Positions 40,958 through 50,264 of a stretch of 60,709 nucleotides of DNA are shown here, piece after piece. Below the pieces are notes generated by a model. That model was not told where the DNA came from. It ran no database searches and saw nothing but the letters and a program-made list of their open reading frames with translations. Origin of the DNA: Clostridia bacterium (lineage in GTDB: Bacteria > Bacillota > Clostridia > Christensenellales > QALW01); assembly GCA_045630945.1 (NCBI GenBank), contig JAZQTV010000015.1, positions 1 to 60,709 of the forward strand, given 5' to 3'. Every line of letters begins with the position of its first letter. Position 1 is the first letter of the stretch. Position numbers and translations under genes: made by a program.

Positions 40958-41847
40958 TGGAAGTTTCAGCTAAAACGGGGGTTATGATAGAAAACCTTTT
41001 CGGCATCGACGTATATTGGTACGGTGTTATGATTGCCATTGGCTTTCTTCTTGCATATATCAATACCTCGTTCTTATGTAAAAAGCGTGGCTACAAGAAC
41101 GACCTTACCACCGATATGCTTATCGTATGCATTATCGGTGCAATAGTAGGTGCAAGAAGTTATTACGTTGCATTTTCGTGGGACGATTATTTTGTACCCA
41201 ACAATATCGGTGCAACCATAACGAAAATCATTGATATCCGCAACGGTGGGCTTGCCATCTACGGCGGAATAATCGGTGCGGTTATCGGGCTTTTTATCTA
41301 TTCAATAATAAAGAAATTAAGCATTCTTTCGCTTATGGACGTGTGTGCCGCATCCCTTGCGTTAGGTCAGGCTATCGGCAGATGGGGCAACTTTTTCAAT
41401 CAGGAAGCGCACGGCGCGCTTGTTACCAACGAAAAGCTGATGTTCTTTCCCTATGCGGTATACTTTGATGCACCCAAGAATTACGAGCCTGCAGGCTGGT
41501 ATCAGGCAACGTTTTTCTATGAATCGGTGTGGTGCCTTATAATATTTGCAGTGCTTACCGTTCTGTTTTTCAAGCAGAAATACTACGGTCAGCTTACGCT
41601 TACCTACCTTGCGCTTTACGGCTTGGAAAGGGGAATTGTTGAATGGTTACGTACCGACCAGCTTATGCTTGGCCCCGTTCCCGTTTCAGCAATGCTTTCG
41701 CTGGTGCTTTTTATCGGCGCAACGGTAACGCTTATCGTTTTAAAAATAAGGAAGTACGAAAAACCGCTTCCGTATTATAAAAAGGGCGAAAAGCCCGAAG
41801 AAATCAAAGAGGACTCTACTTGCAAGGAGGATACTGAAAATGCGTAA
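40957..41847 (+). CDS. lgt: Prolipoprotein diacylglyceryl transferase
   Basis: YWYGVMIAIGFLLA, GGLAIYGGIIG and GRWGNFFNQEAHG are Lgt signatures. ATG at 40957 overlaps the ispE stop and has an AAGGAG RBS. Confidence 0.92.
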   Translation: MEVSAKTGVMIENLFGIDVYWYGVMIAIGFLLAYINTSFLCKKRGYKNDLTTDMLIVCIIGAIVGARSYYVAFSWDDYFVPNNIGATITKIIDIRNGGLAIYGGIIGAVIGLFIYSIIKKLSILSLMDVCAASLALGQAIGRWGNFFNQEAHGALVTNEKLMFFPYAVYFDAPKNYEPAGWYQATFFYESVWCLIIFAVLTVLFFKQKYYGQLTLTYLALYGLERGIVEWLRTDQLMLGPVPVSAMLSLVLFIGATVTLIVLKIRKYEKPLPYYKKGEKPEEIKEDSTCKEDTENA

Positions 41848-43282
41848 TCTTACAATGATGACAGACCTTTATCAACTTACCATGATGAACGGGTACTTAA
41901 AGCACGGTATGAAGGATAACGTAGCCGTTTTTGATTTGTTCTTCCGTCCGCTTATGAATAATAGTGTTTATGCCGTTATGGCAGGACTTGAACAGGCGAT
42001 AGAATACGTTGAAAACCTGCACTTTTCCGATGAGGATCTTGAATACCTCAGCTCACTTAACATTTTCGACGATGCTTTTATAGAATATTTGCGTAATTTT
42101 AAGTTTTCGGGTGAAATTTATGCGGTTGAAGAGGGTACACCCGTGTTCCCGCGCGAGCCGCTTATTCGCGTAAAGGCGCCCATTATGGAAGCACAGCTTA
42201 TGGAAACTGCACTTCTTAACATTATAAATCATCAGACGCTTATTGCGACCAAGGCCTCTAAGGTAGTTACTGCCGCAGACGGTGCAAAGGTGCTTGAATT
42301 CGGTCTTCGCCGTGCACAAGGCCCCGATGCAGGTATTTACGGTGCCCGTGCCGCAATAGTCGGCGGTTGTAACAGCACGAGCAACGTGCTTACAGGTCAG
42401 CTTTTTGACGTTCAGATAAGCGGAACTCACGCACATTCGTGGGTAATGTCGTTCCCCGACGAATTAACAGCGTTCCGTGCATATGCGGATATCTATCCCA
42501 AGGGATGTCTGTTGCTTGTTGATACGTATAACACCTTAAAAAGCGGTGTTCCCAACGCAATTACGGTATTTAAGGAATTGCGCGAAAAGGGTTACGAGCC
42601 CATCGGCATCAGGCTTGACTCAGGCGACCTCGCTTACTTAAGTAAGCGTGCAAGAAAAATGCTTGACGATGCAGGCTTTGAAAACGCAAAGATAGTTGCT
42701 TCGGGCGATCTTGACGAAAACGTTATATGGGACCTTAAAATGCAGGGCGCACGCATTGACGTTTACGGTGTAGGTACAAAGCTTATAACAAGCGGTGATA
42801 TGCCTGCGCTTGGCGGTGTGTACAAGCTTGCCGCAGAAATAGTTGACGGTGAAATCGTACCCAAGATAAAGGTAAGCGAAAATCCCGTAAAGGTTACAAA
42901 CCCCGGCTACAAGCAGGTTTACCGCCTGTATTCCAACGAGGATAACAAGGCGATTGCAGACCTTATTACTCTTGATGACGAGGTTATTGACGAAAGCAAG
43001 CCCCTTACCATATTTGACCCCGTTGACACGTGGAAGAAGATGACCCTTGAAAACTATACCGCAAAAAAGCTTTTAAAGCCTATATTTATTGACGGAAAAA
43101 GAGTGTACACTTCGCCTGACCTTAAGGATATTCAAAAGAATTACTTTACGGAAATGGAAACCCTTTGGGATGAATACAAAAGACTTAACAAGCCCCACGT
43201 GTATAAGGTAGATCTTTCGCAAAAGCTGTACGATCTTAAAAAAGAGCTTCTTGAAAGCGCAGGAAGGATTGATATAAAATGA
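41840..43282 (+). CDS. pncB: Nicotinate phosphoribosyltransferase
   Basis: TDLYQLTMMNGY, FGLRRAQG and GTHAHSW motifs, 480 aa. Confidence 0.93.
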   Translation: MRNLTMMTDLYQLTMMNGYLKHGMKDNVAVFDLFFRPLMNNSVYAVMAGLEQAIEYVENLHFSDEDLEYLSSLNIFDDAFIEYLRNFKFSGEIYAVEEGTPVFPREPLIRVKAPIMEAQLMETALLNIINHQTLIATKASKVVTAADGAKVLEFGLRRAQGPDAGIYGARAAIVGGCNSTSNVLTGQLFDVQISGTHAHSWVMSFPDELTAFRAYADIYPKGCLLLVDTYNTLKSGVPNAITVFKELREKGYEPIGIRLDSGDLAYLSKRARKMLDDAGFENAKIVASGDLDENVIWDLKMQGARIDVYGVGTKLITSGDMPALGGVYKLAAEIVDGEIVPKIKVSENPVKVTNPGYKQVYRLYSNEDNKAIADLITLDDEVIDESKPLTIFDPVDTWKKMTLENYTAKKLLKPIFIDGKRVYTSPDLKDIQKNYFTEMETLWDEYKRLNKPHVYKVDLSQKLYDLKKELLESAGRIDIK

Positions 43283-43839
43283 CGTTAAAACCGTTTTTAG
43301 GCAAATACAAGGTAAAGGACGTTACCGAGTATTTACAGGAGCAAGAAAAAAGACATCTTGACGAAATTGCCGCACTTAATGCGCAAATTGAACAGTTAAA
43401 GGAAGAAAACGCTCGTTTGGCAGAGGAAAATGCCGTTCATAAGAAAAACGAGAGTGTTATTTCGCAGGTGATGTTTGACGCCACTAAAAAGGCAAAGGAA
43501 ATTGAGGATGATTACCGTAAGCGCGCAGACGAATCCGATGCCGCATGCCAGAAGCTTCATGATGAGTGGGTAAGGGGTATGCAGTCGGCAGTTATCAATC
43601 TTCAAAAATTAAGGCAGGAAGCAAAAAGCGTGCTTGAAAATATCGACAGTCAGTTTGCTTCACTTTCCACCTGGGCGGACAACCGTCTTGAATCGCTTAA
43701 GGCTGCACAGCTTCCCACTTCTTCGGGTGATACTACCCTCGAAGCCGAAATCATCAACGGCGCGGGTGCCGATTTAAAGGACGTTTTAAAGGAAATGGGT
43801 ATCGGTGACGAAGAAAAAGACGATAACGATGAAGAATAA
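43279..43839 (+). CDS. Coiled-coil protein (weakly DivIVA-like), acidic tail
   Basis: ATGA overlap with pncB. Heptad-rich EIAALNAQIEQLKEENARLAEEN. No firm family assignment. Confidence 0.55.
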   Translation: MTLKPFLGKYKVKDVTEYLQEQEKRHLDEIAALNAQIEQLKEENARLAEENAVHKKNESVISQVMFDATKKAKEIEDDYRKRADESDAACQKLHDEWVRGMQSAVINLQKLRQEAKSVLENIDSQFASLSTWADNRLESLKAAQLPTSSGDTTLEAEIINGAGADLKDVLKEMGIGDEEKDDNDEE

Positions 43840-45439
43840 GCCTCTTTTATGGGTGCTTGCAGGGATACTGACCGTAGCTTTAATCGCTTCGGCAATATTC
43901 GGCGTTTCGTGGTTCTTCAGATTTGGCAGGGAAAGCACGGGTGAACATCCCCTTGCAAATAAGCTGAACGATGATATTTCATATCTTCCCTACTTAAAGG
44001 ATGGCAATATCTACTATTTTGACGGTACTTCCTCAACGCTTGTTGCCGAAAATGCGTACAATGCGCAAGCTGAAGATCCTGTTTTTACCGCAAACTACGG
44101 TATTGATGCAAAAACGGGGAAGATGATATACGTTTCCAATGATAACACCCTTTATCTTTATGACGGAACGGTAAAAAAGATAGCCGAAAACGTTACCTCG
44201 TGGCGCACAGGGGGAGATATGACCAATATTTCCTTTACTACCAAATGGTTTAACACTACGGAAACCGGCGCCTTATTTATGTATTCGGGGGGTAATATTT
44301 CCCTTGTGGATACGGGGGTTACCGTTTCCACCGTGCGTTTTTCACAGGACGGTACCTGTCTTTTTTACGAAAAGCCCAATCTGCCGCCCAACATCCGTTC
44401 AAGCCTGTATAAATATAAGGACGGTGTGCGCACCCTTGTGCACGGCTCGTCATACTCGGTTTTATGGGTGAACACCGACGGCACACGGCTTATAACCGGC
44501 GAAAATTTTGACGACGGCTTATATTCGTACCGCATTTTTACCAATGACCTTAAAAAGCAGTACGAATTTGAGAACGTGTATTTTTCAGAAGTAAGCGATG
44601 ACCAGAGCATTGCCTATCTTCTTTGCAATTATAATATGGATATTAAGTCAGGTACGCTTATTGCAGTTGATTTAAGCACACTTAAAACAAAGGAAATTTC
44701 CTCAATCGCAAGCTTTTTTAATTCTTCTGCGGTAACGGATTCCTCAAAGGGTGTGGTGTACAGCGTGCTTACCGACTACGAAAGCAATTTTTATTCCGTT
44801 TTTTACGGTGACGTAAGCGGAAACTCCATTCGCCTTATCCGTAACACCACCGAGGAAAGCCTGTACAACGTAATAATAAACCCTGCGCTTAAGGATGGGT
44901 ATTTGCTTTCCTACGGCGCGACAAAGAACAATAGCGGAATATACTATATTTCATTAAAAAAGAATACGGTAGAAGCTACGCGCATTGCTTCGGGTAACGT
45001 TGACGGTATTACCTATTACGAGGAAAACCACCTTGTTACCTATATCAAAAACCCTTCAAACGGAATAGCACAGCTTTACCGCGTGGATAAAACAGGTGAA
45101 AACGTGCTTGTTACAGAGGATTGCGGTGCAATATACAGTGCTTCATCTGCAACCTACCAAAGCGCTTCGGTGCTTTCTTCGGATAAAAAAACAATGTACT
45201 TTAACAACATTGTAACGGGCAACACCACCGTTGATATTTCGGGCACACTGTACGTTGACGGCAAAATGATTAACGAAAACGTTTCCGCAAGCTATATGGA
45301 AGCACCCGTTGCGGACAGCACGTTCAAAAATATTTACTATCTGAAACAATCAGAAAAGCTTGATCTTTACCTTTACGACGGCACAGAAAGCACGTTGATT
45401 GCATCAAACGTTGACGGTATTATTGAGCTTACGAAATAA
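43829..45439 (+). CDS. Membrane-anchored hypothetical protein, probably a beta-propeller-like ectodomain
   Basis: N-terminal TM helix (LLWVLAGILTVALIASAIFGV) followed by about 500 aa rich in repeated Y/G/T beta-strand-like segments. The start is uncertain (ATG 43829 or GTG 43805). Confidence 0.55.
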   Translation: MKNKPLLWVLAGILTVALIASAIFGVSWFFRFGRESTGEHPLANKLNDDISYLPYLKDGNIYYFDGTSSTLVAENAYNAQAEDPVFTANYGIDAKTGKMIYVSNDNTLYLYDGTVKKIAENVTSWRTGGDMTNISFTTKWFNTTETGALFMYSGGNISLVDTGVTVSTVRFSQDGTCLFYEKPNLPPNIRSSLYKYKDGVRTLVHGSSYSVLWVNTDGTRLITGENFDDGLYSYRIFTNDLKKQYEFENVYFSEVSDDQSIAYLLCNYNMDIKSGTLIAVDLSTLKTKEISSIASFFNSSAVTDSSKGVVYSVLTDYESNFYSVFYGDVSGNSIRLIRNTTEESLYNVIINPALKDGYLLSYGATKNNSGIYYISLKKNTVEATRIASGNVDGITYYEENHLVTYIKNPSNGIAQLYRVDKTGENVLVTEDCGAIYSASSATYQSASVLSSDKKTMYFNNIVTGNTTVDISGTLYVDGKMINENVSASYMEAPVADSTFKNIYYLKQSEKLDLYLYDGTESTLIASNVDGIIELTK

Positions 45440-45451
45440 ATCCTTATAACA

Positions 45452-45478
45452 AAAAACCCTGCTTTTGCAGGGTTTTTA
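45452..45478. terminator. Bidirectional terminator
   Basis: AAACCCTGC / GCAGGGTTT stem with an A run before and a T run after, between convergent genes. Confidence 0.85.
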
Positions 45479-45488
45479 TTGTTTTATT

Positions 45489-47666
45489 TTACAGATGCAA
45501 TACTCTTTCCTTTATTTCCTGTGTTCTGCCCTGATTCCAGTACTGTGTGCCGATGTAGCCGCAGGTGCGACGCGCAACGTTCATAGTGCTTTGGTCGGTG
45601 TTGCCGCAGTTGGGACAGGTCCATTTAAGCTTGCCATCCTCATCCTCTTTTATTTCTATTTCGCCGTCGAAGCCGCATTTTTGACAGTAATCGCTTTTAG
45701 TATTAAGCTCGGCATACATAATGTTATCGTAAATGAACCGCATAACGCTTAATACTGCTTCGATATTATTTTGCATATTGGGTACTTCAACGTAAGAAAT
45801 CGCGCCGCCGGGGGAAAGTGATTGGAATTTGGCTTCAAGCTTAAGCTTTTCAAAGGCATCTATCGGCTCGGTAACGTGAACGTGATAGCTGTTTGTGATA
45901 TAGCTTTTATCCGTAACACCCTTTACGATACCAAACCGCTTTTGAAGGCACTTTGCAAACTTATAGGTGGTGCTTTCAAGAGGCGTGCCGTACAAGGAAT
46001 AATCGATATTTTCTTCCTTTTTCCATCTTGCAGTATATTCGTTAAGCTTTTGCATTATTTCTAAGCCCAGCTTTTCGCCCTCGGGCTCGGTAAGCTTTTT
46101 GCCCGAAACAGAATATACGCATTCCCAAAGTCCCGCATAACCAAGCGAAAGTGTTGAATATCCGCCGTGCAGGTACTTATCGATGGTTTCGCCCTTGTTA
46201 AGCCTTAAAAGCGCGCCGTGCTGCCACAAAATAGGCGCCGCATCGGAAAGCGTACCCGAAAGCCTTTCGTGACGTGCCTGAAGCGCCTGATGGCAAAGCT
46301 CCATTCTTTCGTCAAAAATCTTCCAGAACTCATCCATATCTCCGCCTGCGGAAAGACCGATATCCACAAGGTTTACCGTTACAACGCCCTGATTGAAGCG
46401 GCCGTAATACTTAGGCTTGTTATTTTCATCAACGAACGGTGTTAAAAAGCTTCGGCAACCCATACAGGTGTAGCAATGTCCTTCACCGTTTTTATCAATT
46501 TTGTTCTGAAGCATTATCTTTTCCGAAATATAATCCGGCACCATTCGCTTTGCGGTACATTTAGCCGCAAGCTCGGTAAGATAATAATATTTACTGTCTT
46601 TATGAATATTATCCTCCTCAAGCACATATATAAGCTTAGGGAATGCAGGAGTTATCCATACGCCCTTTTCATTTTTAACACCCTGAATGCGCTGATAAAG
46701 CGTTTCCTCTATAATAAGTGCAAGGTCCTTCTTTTCCTGCTCGTTCTTTGCTTCGTTAAGATACATAAATACAGTTACAAAGGGTGCCTGACCGTTAGTG
46801 GTCATAAGCGTTACAACCTGATACTGAATGGTCTGTATTCCGTTGCGTATCTCTTCACGCAGGCGGTTTTCTGTCAGCTTATCAAGCTTTTCTTCGCTTA
46901 AAACCTCGCCGATTGCCTTTAATTCAGCCTCTGCATTCTTACGAATCTTCTTTCTGCTTATATCAACAAAGGGTGCAAGATGAGTTAAGCTGATGCTTTG
47001 ACCGCCGTACTGGCATGAAGCAACCTGCGCGATTATCTGCGTTGCAATATTACAGGCGGTTGAAAAGCTGTGGGGCTTTTCAATTAACGTGCCGCTTATA
47101 ACGGTGCCGTTTTGAAGCATATCCTCAAGGTTTACAAGGTCGCAGTTATGCATATGTTGGGCAAAATAATCAGCATCGTGGAAATGTATAATTCCCTTTT
47201 CGTGTGCTTCAACTATTTCCTTGGGAAGCAAAATACGTCTTGTAATATCCTTGCTTACCTCGCCTGCCATATAATCACGCTGAACACTGTTTACGGTGGG
47301 GTTTTTGTTGGAATTTTCCTGCTTTACCTCTTCGTTATTGCACTCAATCAGCGAAAGTATCTGCTCGTCCGTGGTATTTGCCTTTCTTACGAGGGCACGG
47401 GTGTAACGATAGGTAATATAGTTACGTGCCACGTCAAACGCGCTTTGATTCATAATCTGATTTTCAACCATATCCTGTATCTCTTCAACGTTAAGGGAAC
47501 GGTTAAGATTCATCGCCGCACTTTCAACGTCTTCGGCAATACGCTTAATCTGAATAGGCGTCATTCTTGAAGATGGCACAACGCTTTCGTTTGCACGGGT
47601 TATCGCCTGAACTATCTTTTCCTTGTCAAAAACAACCTCTGCACCGCTTCGTTTAATTATTTTCAT
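45489..47666 (-). CDS. nrdD: Anaerobic ribonucleoside-triphosphate reductase (class III)
   Basis: N-terminal ATP-cone (MKIIKRSGAEVVFDKEKI), C-terminal zinc ribbon CQKCG...CPNCG and the glycyl-radical motif RRTCGYIG. Confidence 0.97.
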   Translation of the reverse strand: MKIIKRSGAEVVFDKEKIVQAITRANESVVPSSRMTPIQIKRIAEDVESAAMNLNRSLNVEEIQDMVENQIMNQSAFDVARNYITYRYTRALVRKANTTDEQILSLIECNNEEVKQENSNKNPTVNSVQRDYMAGEVSKDITRRILLPKEIVEAHEKGIIHFHDADYFAQHMHNCDLVNLEDMLQNGTVISGTLIEKPHSFSTACNIATQIIAQVASCQYGGQSISLTHLAPFVDISRKKIRKNAEAELKAIGEVLSEEKLDKLTENRLREEIRNGIQTIQYQVVTLMTTNGQAPFVTVFMYLNEAKNEQEKKDLALIIEETLYQRIQGVKNEKGVWITPAFPKLIYVLEEDNIHKDSKYYYLTELAAKCTAKRMVPDYISEKIMLQNKIDKNGEGHCYTCMGCRSFLTPFVDENNKPKYYGRFNQGVVTVNLVDIGLSAGGDMDEFWKIFDERMELCHQALQARHERLSGTLSDAAPILWQHGALLRLNKGETIDKYLHGGYSTLSLGYAGLWECVYSVSGKKLTEPEGEKLGLEIMQKLNEYTARWKKEENIDYSLYGTPLESTTYKFAKCLQKRFGIVKGVTDKSYITNSYHVHVTEPIDAFEKLKLEAKFQSLSPGGAISYVEVPNMQNNIEAVLSVMRFIYDNIMYAELNTKSDYCQKCGFDGEIEIKEDEDGKLKWTCPNCGNTDQSTMNVARRTCGYIGTQYWNQGRTQEIKERVLHL

Positions 47667-47724
47667 TACTTCGCCTCCTTATATTTTCGTCGGGGGATTT
47701 TCCGCCATTATATTTTGTGTAGAA

Positions 47725-47753
47725 AGTATAACAAAATATTGTGGCGTTGTCAA
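47725..47753 (-). promoter_or_regulatory. Putative nrdD promoter
   Basis: Minus strand reads TTGACA (47748-47753), 17 nt, TATACT (47725-47730). Confidence 0.6.
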
Positions 47754-47776
47754 CATTAAATACCAATATATTGTGT
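47729..47776 (-). promoter_or_regulatory. Two putative NrdR boxes
   Basis: The 16-mers at 47729-47744 (taacaaaatattgtgg) and 47761-47776 (taccaatatattgtgt) match the NrdR-box consensus acaCwAtATaTwGtgt at 12/16 and 13/16 by my count. They are 32 bp apart, and the first overlaps the promoter spacer. Confidence 0.6.
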
Positions 47777-47851
47777 TTTTCTTTAAAAATTTTTTATTTT
47801 CAAAAAAATAGCCGAATTTTCAACAAAATATATTAAATTTTTTTAAACTGC

Positions 47852-47880
47852 TTGATATTTTTATTCTTATATGTTATTAT
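47852..47880 (+). promoter_or_regulatory. Putative promoter of the SH3b protein gene
   Basis: TTGATA (47852-47857), 17 nt, TGtTATTAT (47872-47880). Confidence 0.45.
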
Positions 47881-47912
47881 ATATGTAACAATAAATTACG
47901 GAGGGATTACAT

Positions 47913-48977
47913 ATGGCAGTTTCAAATAAATATGCCAGAAGAAGAAGGAATGCAGTGCTTGCCGCTGTTGCAATGGCACTTGTATTCATCGTTATCGTTA
48001 TCGTTATAATTGCAAGCCTTGCAAGCTCAGGCAACAAGAAGCCCGTGGCAGCATTTACACCTACGCCCACAATCAATAACGGCGGCTTCCCCACGTTGCC
48101 CACACCCACACCCACAGCTGATAATTCGGGTGATTTTACAACAACACCCCCTGCTGATACAACCACACCCACACCTGATGCAAGCGCAGGCACACTTATG
48201 TACGTAACAGGTACTACCGTAAACGTTCGTAAGGCTGCTTCAGCAACTGCTGAAAAGATTTCATCTCTTGCAAAGGGCTCGGCAGTTACCGCTTATGAGA
48301 AGGTTGAAGGCTTCTACCGCGTTAAGCTTTCCGACGGAAAGACCGGCTACATTTCAGCAGAATATCTTTCCACTACCGATCCTAAGGTTTCGGCTTCACC
48401 CTCAACTTCACCTTCTGCAACACCTGATACCTCAAACGGTAAGAAGATGTACGTTACAGGTGATTCAGTAAACGTTCGTAAGAGTGCTTCCTCATCCGCT
48501 GAAAAGGTTACCTCGCTCAACAAGGGTAAAGAAGTTACCGCTTACGCTACAAGCGATGGTTGGACGTATATTATGTACGGCACCAATAAGTACGGATACA
48601 TTTCATCAAAGTATCTTTCTGAGTCCGCACTTCCTTCAGCATCAACCAACGCAACACTTAATCCTTCAGCAACCGCTACTACCACAACAACACCCACCCT
48701 TGCACCGTCACCCTCGGCAACTGCAAGAGTTTTCAGCTCCTTTACTGAGCTTGGCGTAGCAGAAGCAGTTGCAGATATTGCAGATACCCTGTTAAACGAC
48801 GACGGTGAATTCTACATCAAAACCGTTAGGGGCCGTTCAGGTACGAACATTAATTCGGATGCAAACGTTTATAGCTATTATAAGTTTGCAACCAACGACG
48901 GCGGTTCATTCTATATCGTATTTAAGGGCACAGAAGCTGCACCTACAAACATTAATATTCAGTCAACCGCTCCGTAA
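47913..48977 (+). CDS. Membrane-anchored protein with two SH3b domains and Pro/Thr/Ser-rich linkers
   Basis: N-terminal TM helix. Two repeats follow: MYVTGTTVNVRKAASATAEKISSLAKGSAVTAY...GYISAEYLS and MYVTGDSVNVRKSASSSAEKVTSLNKGKEVTAY...GYISSKYLS (SH3_3 pattern). GGAGGG RBS. Confidence 0.8.
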   Translation: MAVSNKYARRRRNAVLAAVAMALVFIVIVIVIIASLASSGNKKPVAAFTPTPTINNGGFPTLPTPTPTADNSGDFTTTPPADTTTPTPDASAGTLMYVTGTTVNVRKAASATAEKISSLAKGSAVTAYEKVEGFYRVKLSDGKTGYISAEYLSTTDPKVSASPSTSPSATPDTSNGKKMYVTGDSVNVRKSASSSAEKVTSLNKGKEVTAYATSDGWTYIMYGTNKYGYISSKYLSESALPSASTNATLNPSATATTTTTPTLAPSPSATARVFSSFTELGVAEAVADIADTLLNDDGEFYIKTVRGRSGTNINSDANVYSYYKFATNDGGSFYIVFKGTEAAPTNINIQSTAP

Positions 48978-49000
48978 TAGCATCTAAACTTAAACAAACA

Positions 49001-49034
49001 AAACCGACAGATTTTACAGTCTGTCGGTTTTTTA
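49001..49034 (+). terminator. Rho-independent terminator; last core-genome feature before the low-GC island
   Basis: AAACCGACAGA / TCTGTCGGTTT stem followed by a T run. Confidence 0.85.
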
Positions 49035-49102
49035 TTTGTGTTGATTGCCCGCGCTTGCAAAAATATGTGCAACACAGCGCTAAAAAAATTTATTGCGCTA
49101 TG

Positions 49103-49294
49103 TCATGCCGCATTCTTGCGATTGGTATAATTACGCCTACTATATTCATCATAATCGTCAAGCACGTTATAAAACTTACTTTTCGTGCGTTTTCTTACAA
49201 CTCTTTTTCTGTTTCTTAAACGCTTTCCCTCAGTACAGATACTGATTAAAATATTTATACCAAGCCAGAGCATAATCACAATTAAAGCACCCAT
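49103..49294 (-). CDS. Small membrane protein (63 aa) with strongly basic tail
   Basis: AAGGAGG RBS 9 nt before the ATG. One TM helix (ALIVIMLWLGINILISIC) is followed by KRLRNRKRVVRKRTKSK. Confidence 0.5.
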   Translation of the reverse strand: MGALIVIMLWLGINILISICTEGKRLRNRKRVVRKRTKSKFYNVLDDYDEYSRRNYTNRKNAA

Positions 49295-49517
49295 TTAAAA
49301 GTACCTCCTTTTGTTATTTACACCCTGATTATACAACAAGAAAAGTACCGAAAACGGGCTTTTTTGAAGATTATTGTTGATGTGTATAAATATTCATTAT
49401 AAACGAATATATACAAATAATAGCTTCGTTTAATCATTACTATTGTATATCAATAAATTCCGTTAACAAAATATTAACAAAACAAAAAGTCTATTGTAGC
49501 CGTTTGGCTATATAAGC

Positions 49518-49548
49518 AAAAGGCTTCAAGATGACCTTGGAGCCTTTT
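49518..49548. terminator. Hairpin terminator just downstream of the 185-aa gene
   Basis: 13-bp stem AAAAGGCTTCAAG / CTTGGAGCCTTTT (one G-U pair) flanked by A/T runs. Confidence 0.65.
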
Positions 49549-49554
49549 GTTGTT

Positions 49555-50112
49555 TTAATCTACATTTTGTTCTTTTGCTTTCTTTAATTGATTGATAATG
49601 TTACGTTCCTCAAGTTTGCGTTTCTTATGATCAGATATGTAACGATTATATAAGTAACTCATATTCTGCTTTTTTGCGGCATTTACACAAGCCAGGAAAT
49701 ATTCTGTTTTTTTATAACCGTTGCTATTTATGTTTTCCATAAGTCTGTCGTATTCCTCCGGATAAAGCATGATAGAAAATCTTCTTTTCTTGAACGATTG
49801 CCGTGCAAGTGTAAGAGGATGAAGATGTTCACGGTTAGTTTTTTCTGTCTTTTTCAGATCGTCCTCAATAACTTCATTGGGCAAGTTATCTTTCTTTTGT
49901 GTATCCAACACTAAAACATCATCTTCTTGCAGTTCTTCACCATTGTTAATAAAGATATCAATGTTTTTTGTTTTTACACAAAAAGCGTGCGCGGTATCAT
50001 CGGTAGGATGTAGTATGATTTTATCCGAAAAGATCTTTGCCGCATTCAGTTCCATTTCGACAGATTTGCCTTTAAACATAAAAAAGGCCTTAATTTTTGA
50101 AAAAATTCTCAT
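49555..50112 (-). CDS. Hypothetical protein with C-terminal ribbon-helix-helix (CopG/MobC-like) segment
   Basis: AAGGAG RBS. The C-terminal KRRFSIMLYPEEYDRLMENINSNGYKKTEYFLACV fits the RHH strand-helix-helix pattern of MobC/CopG proteins. The N-terminal roughly 100 aa are unrecognised. Confidence 0.5.
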   Translation of the reverse strand: MRIFSKIKAFFMFKGKSVEMELNAAKIFSDKIILHPTDDTAHAFCVKTKNIDIFINNGEELQEDDVLVLDTQKKDNLPNEVIEDDLKKTEKTNREHLHPLTLARQSFKKRRFSIMLYPEEYDRLMENINSNGYKKTEYFLACVNAAKKQNMSYLYNRYISDHKKRKLEERNIINQLKKAKEQNVD

Positions 50113-50203
50113 ATAGATTTTTCTCCTTTATATTTATTAAGCACAGAAAGATTTGTGCCTTCATAACAGCAGCTGCAACCTCCTTTCGATGCTGTTAGGT
50201 GCA

Positions 50204-50238
50204 TAAAAAAACAGGCCTAAAACAATATTAGGCCTGTT
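50204..50238 (-). terminator. Terminator of the ATPase cassette
   Basis: Minus strand has a 10-bp stem ACAGGCCTAA / TTAGGCCTGT followed by T7, 27 nt after the stop. Confidence 0.8.
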
Positions 50239-50264
50239 AAGTAATAATAAATCATTTATAAGTA

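Noticed and set aside
47867-48987. Minus-strand 108-aa ORF and several plus-strand alternative-frame Pro/His/Gln-rich ORFs over the SH3b gene
   Set aside because: They are by-products of the Pro/Thr/Ala-rich linker codons. The annotated frame has the RBS, the TM anchor and two SH3b repeats.
50113-50203. 24-codon upstream ORF (MKAQIFLCLINIKEKNLYENFFKN) overlapping the start of the 185-aa RHH gene
   Set aside because: The AAAGGAGG is 14 nt from its ATG, which is too far, and I cannot assess conservation. It is not reported as a feature.
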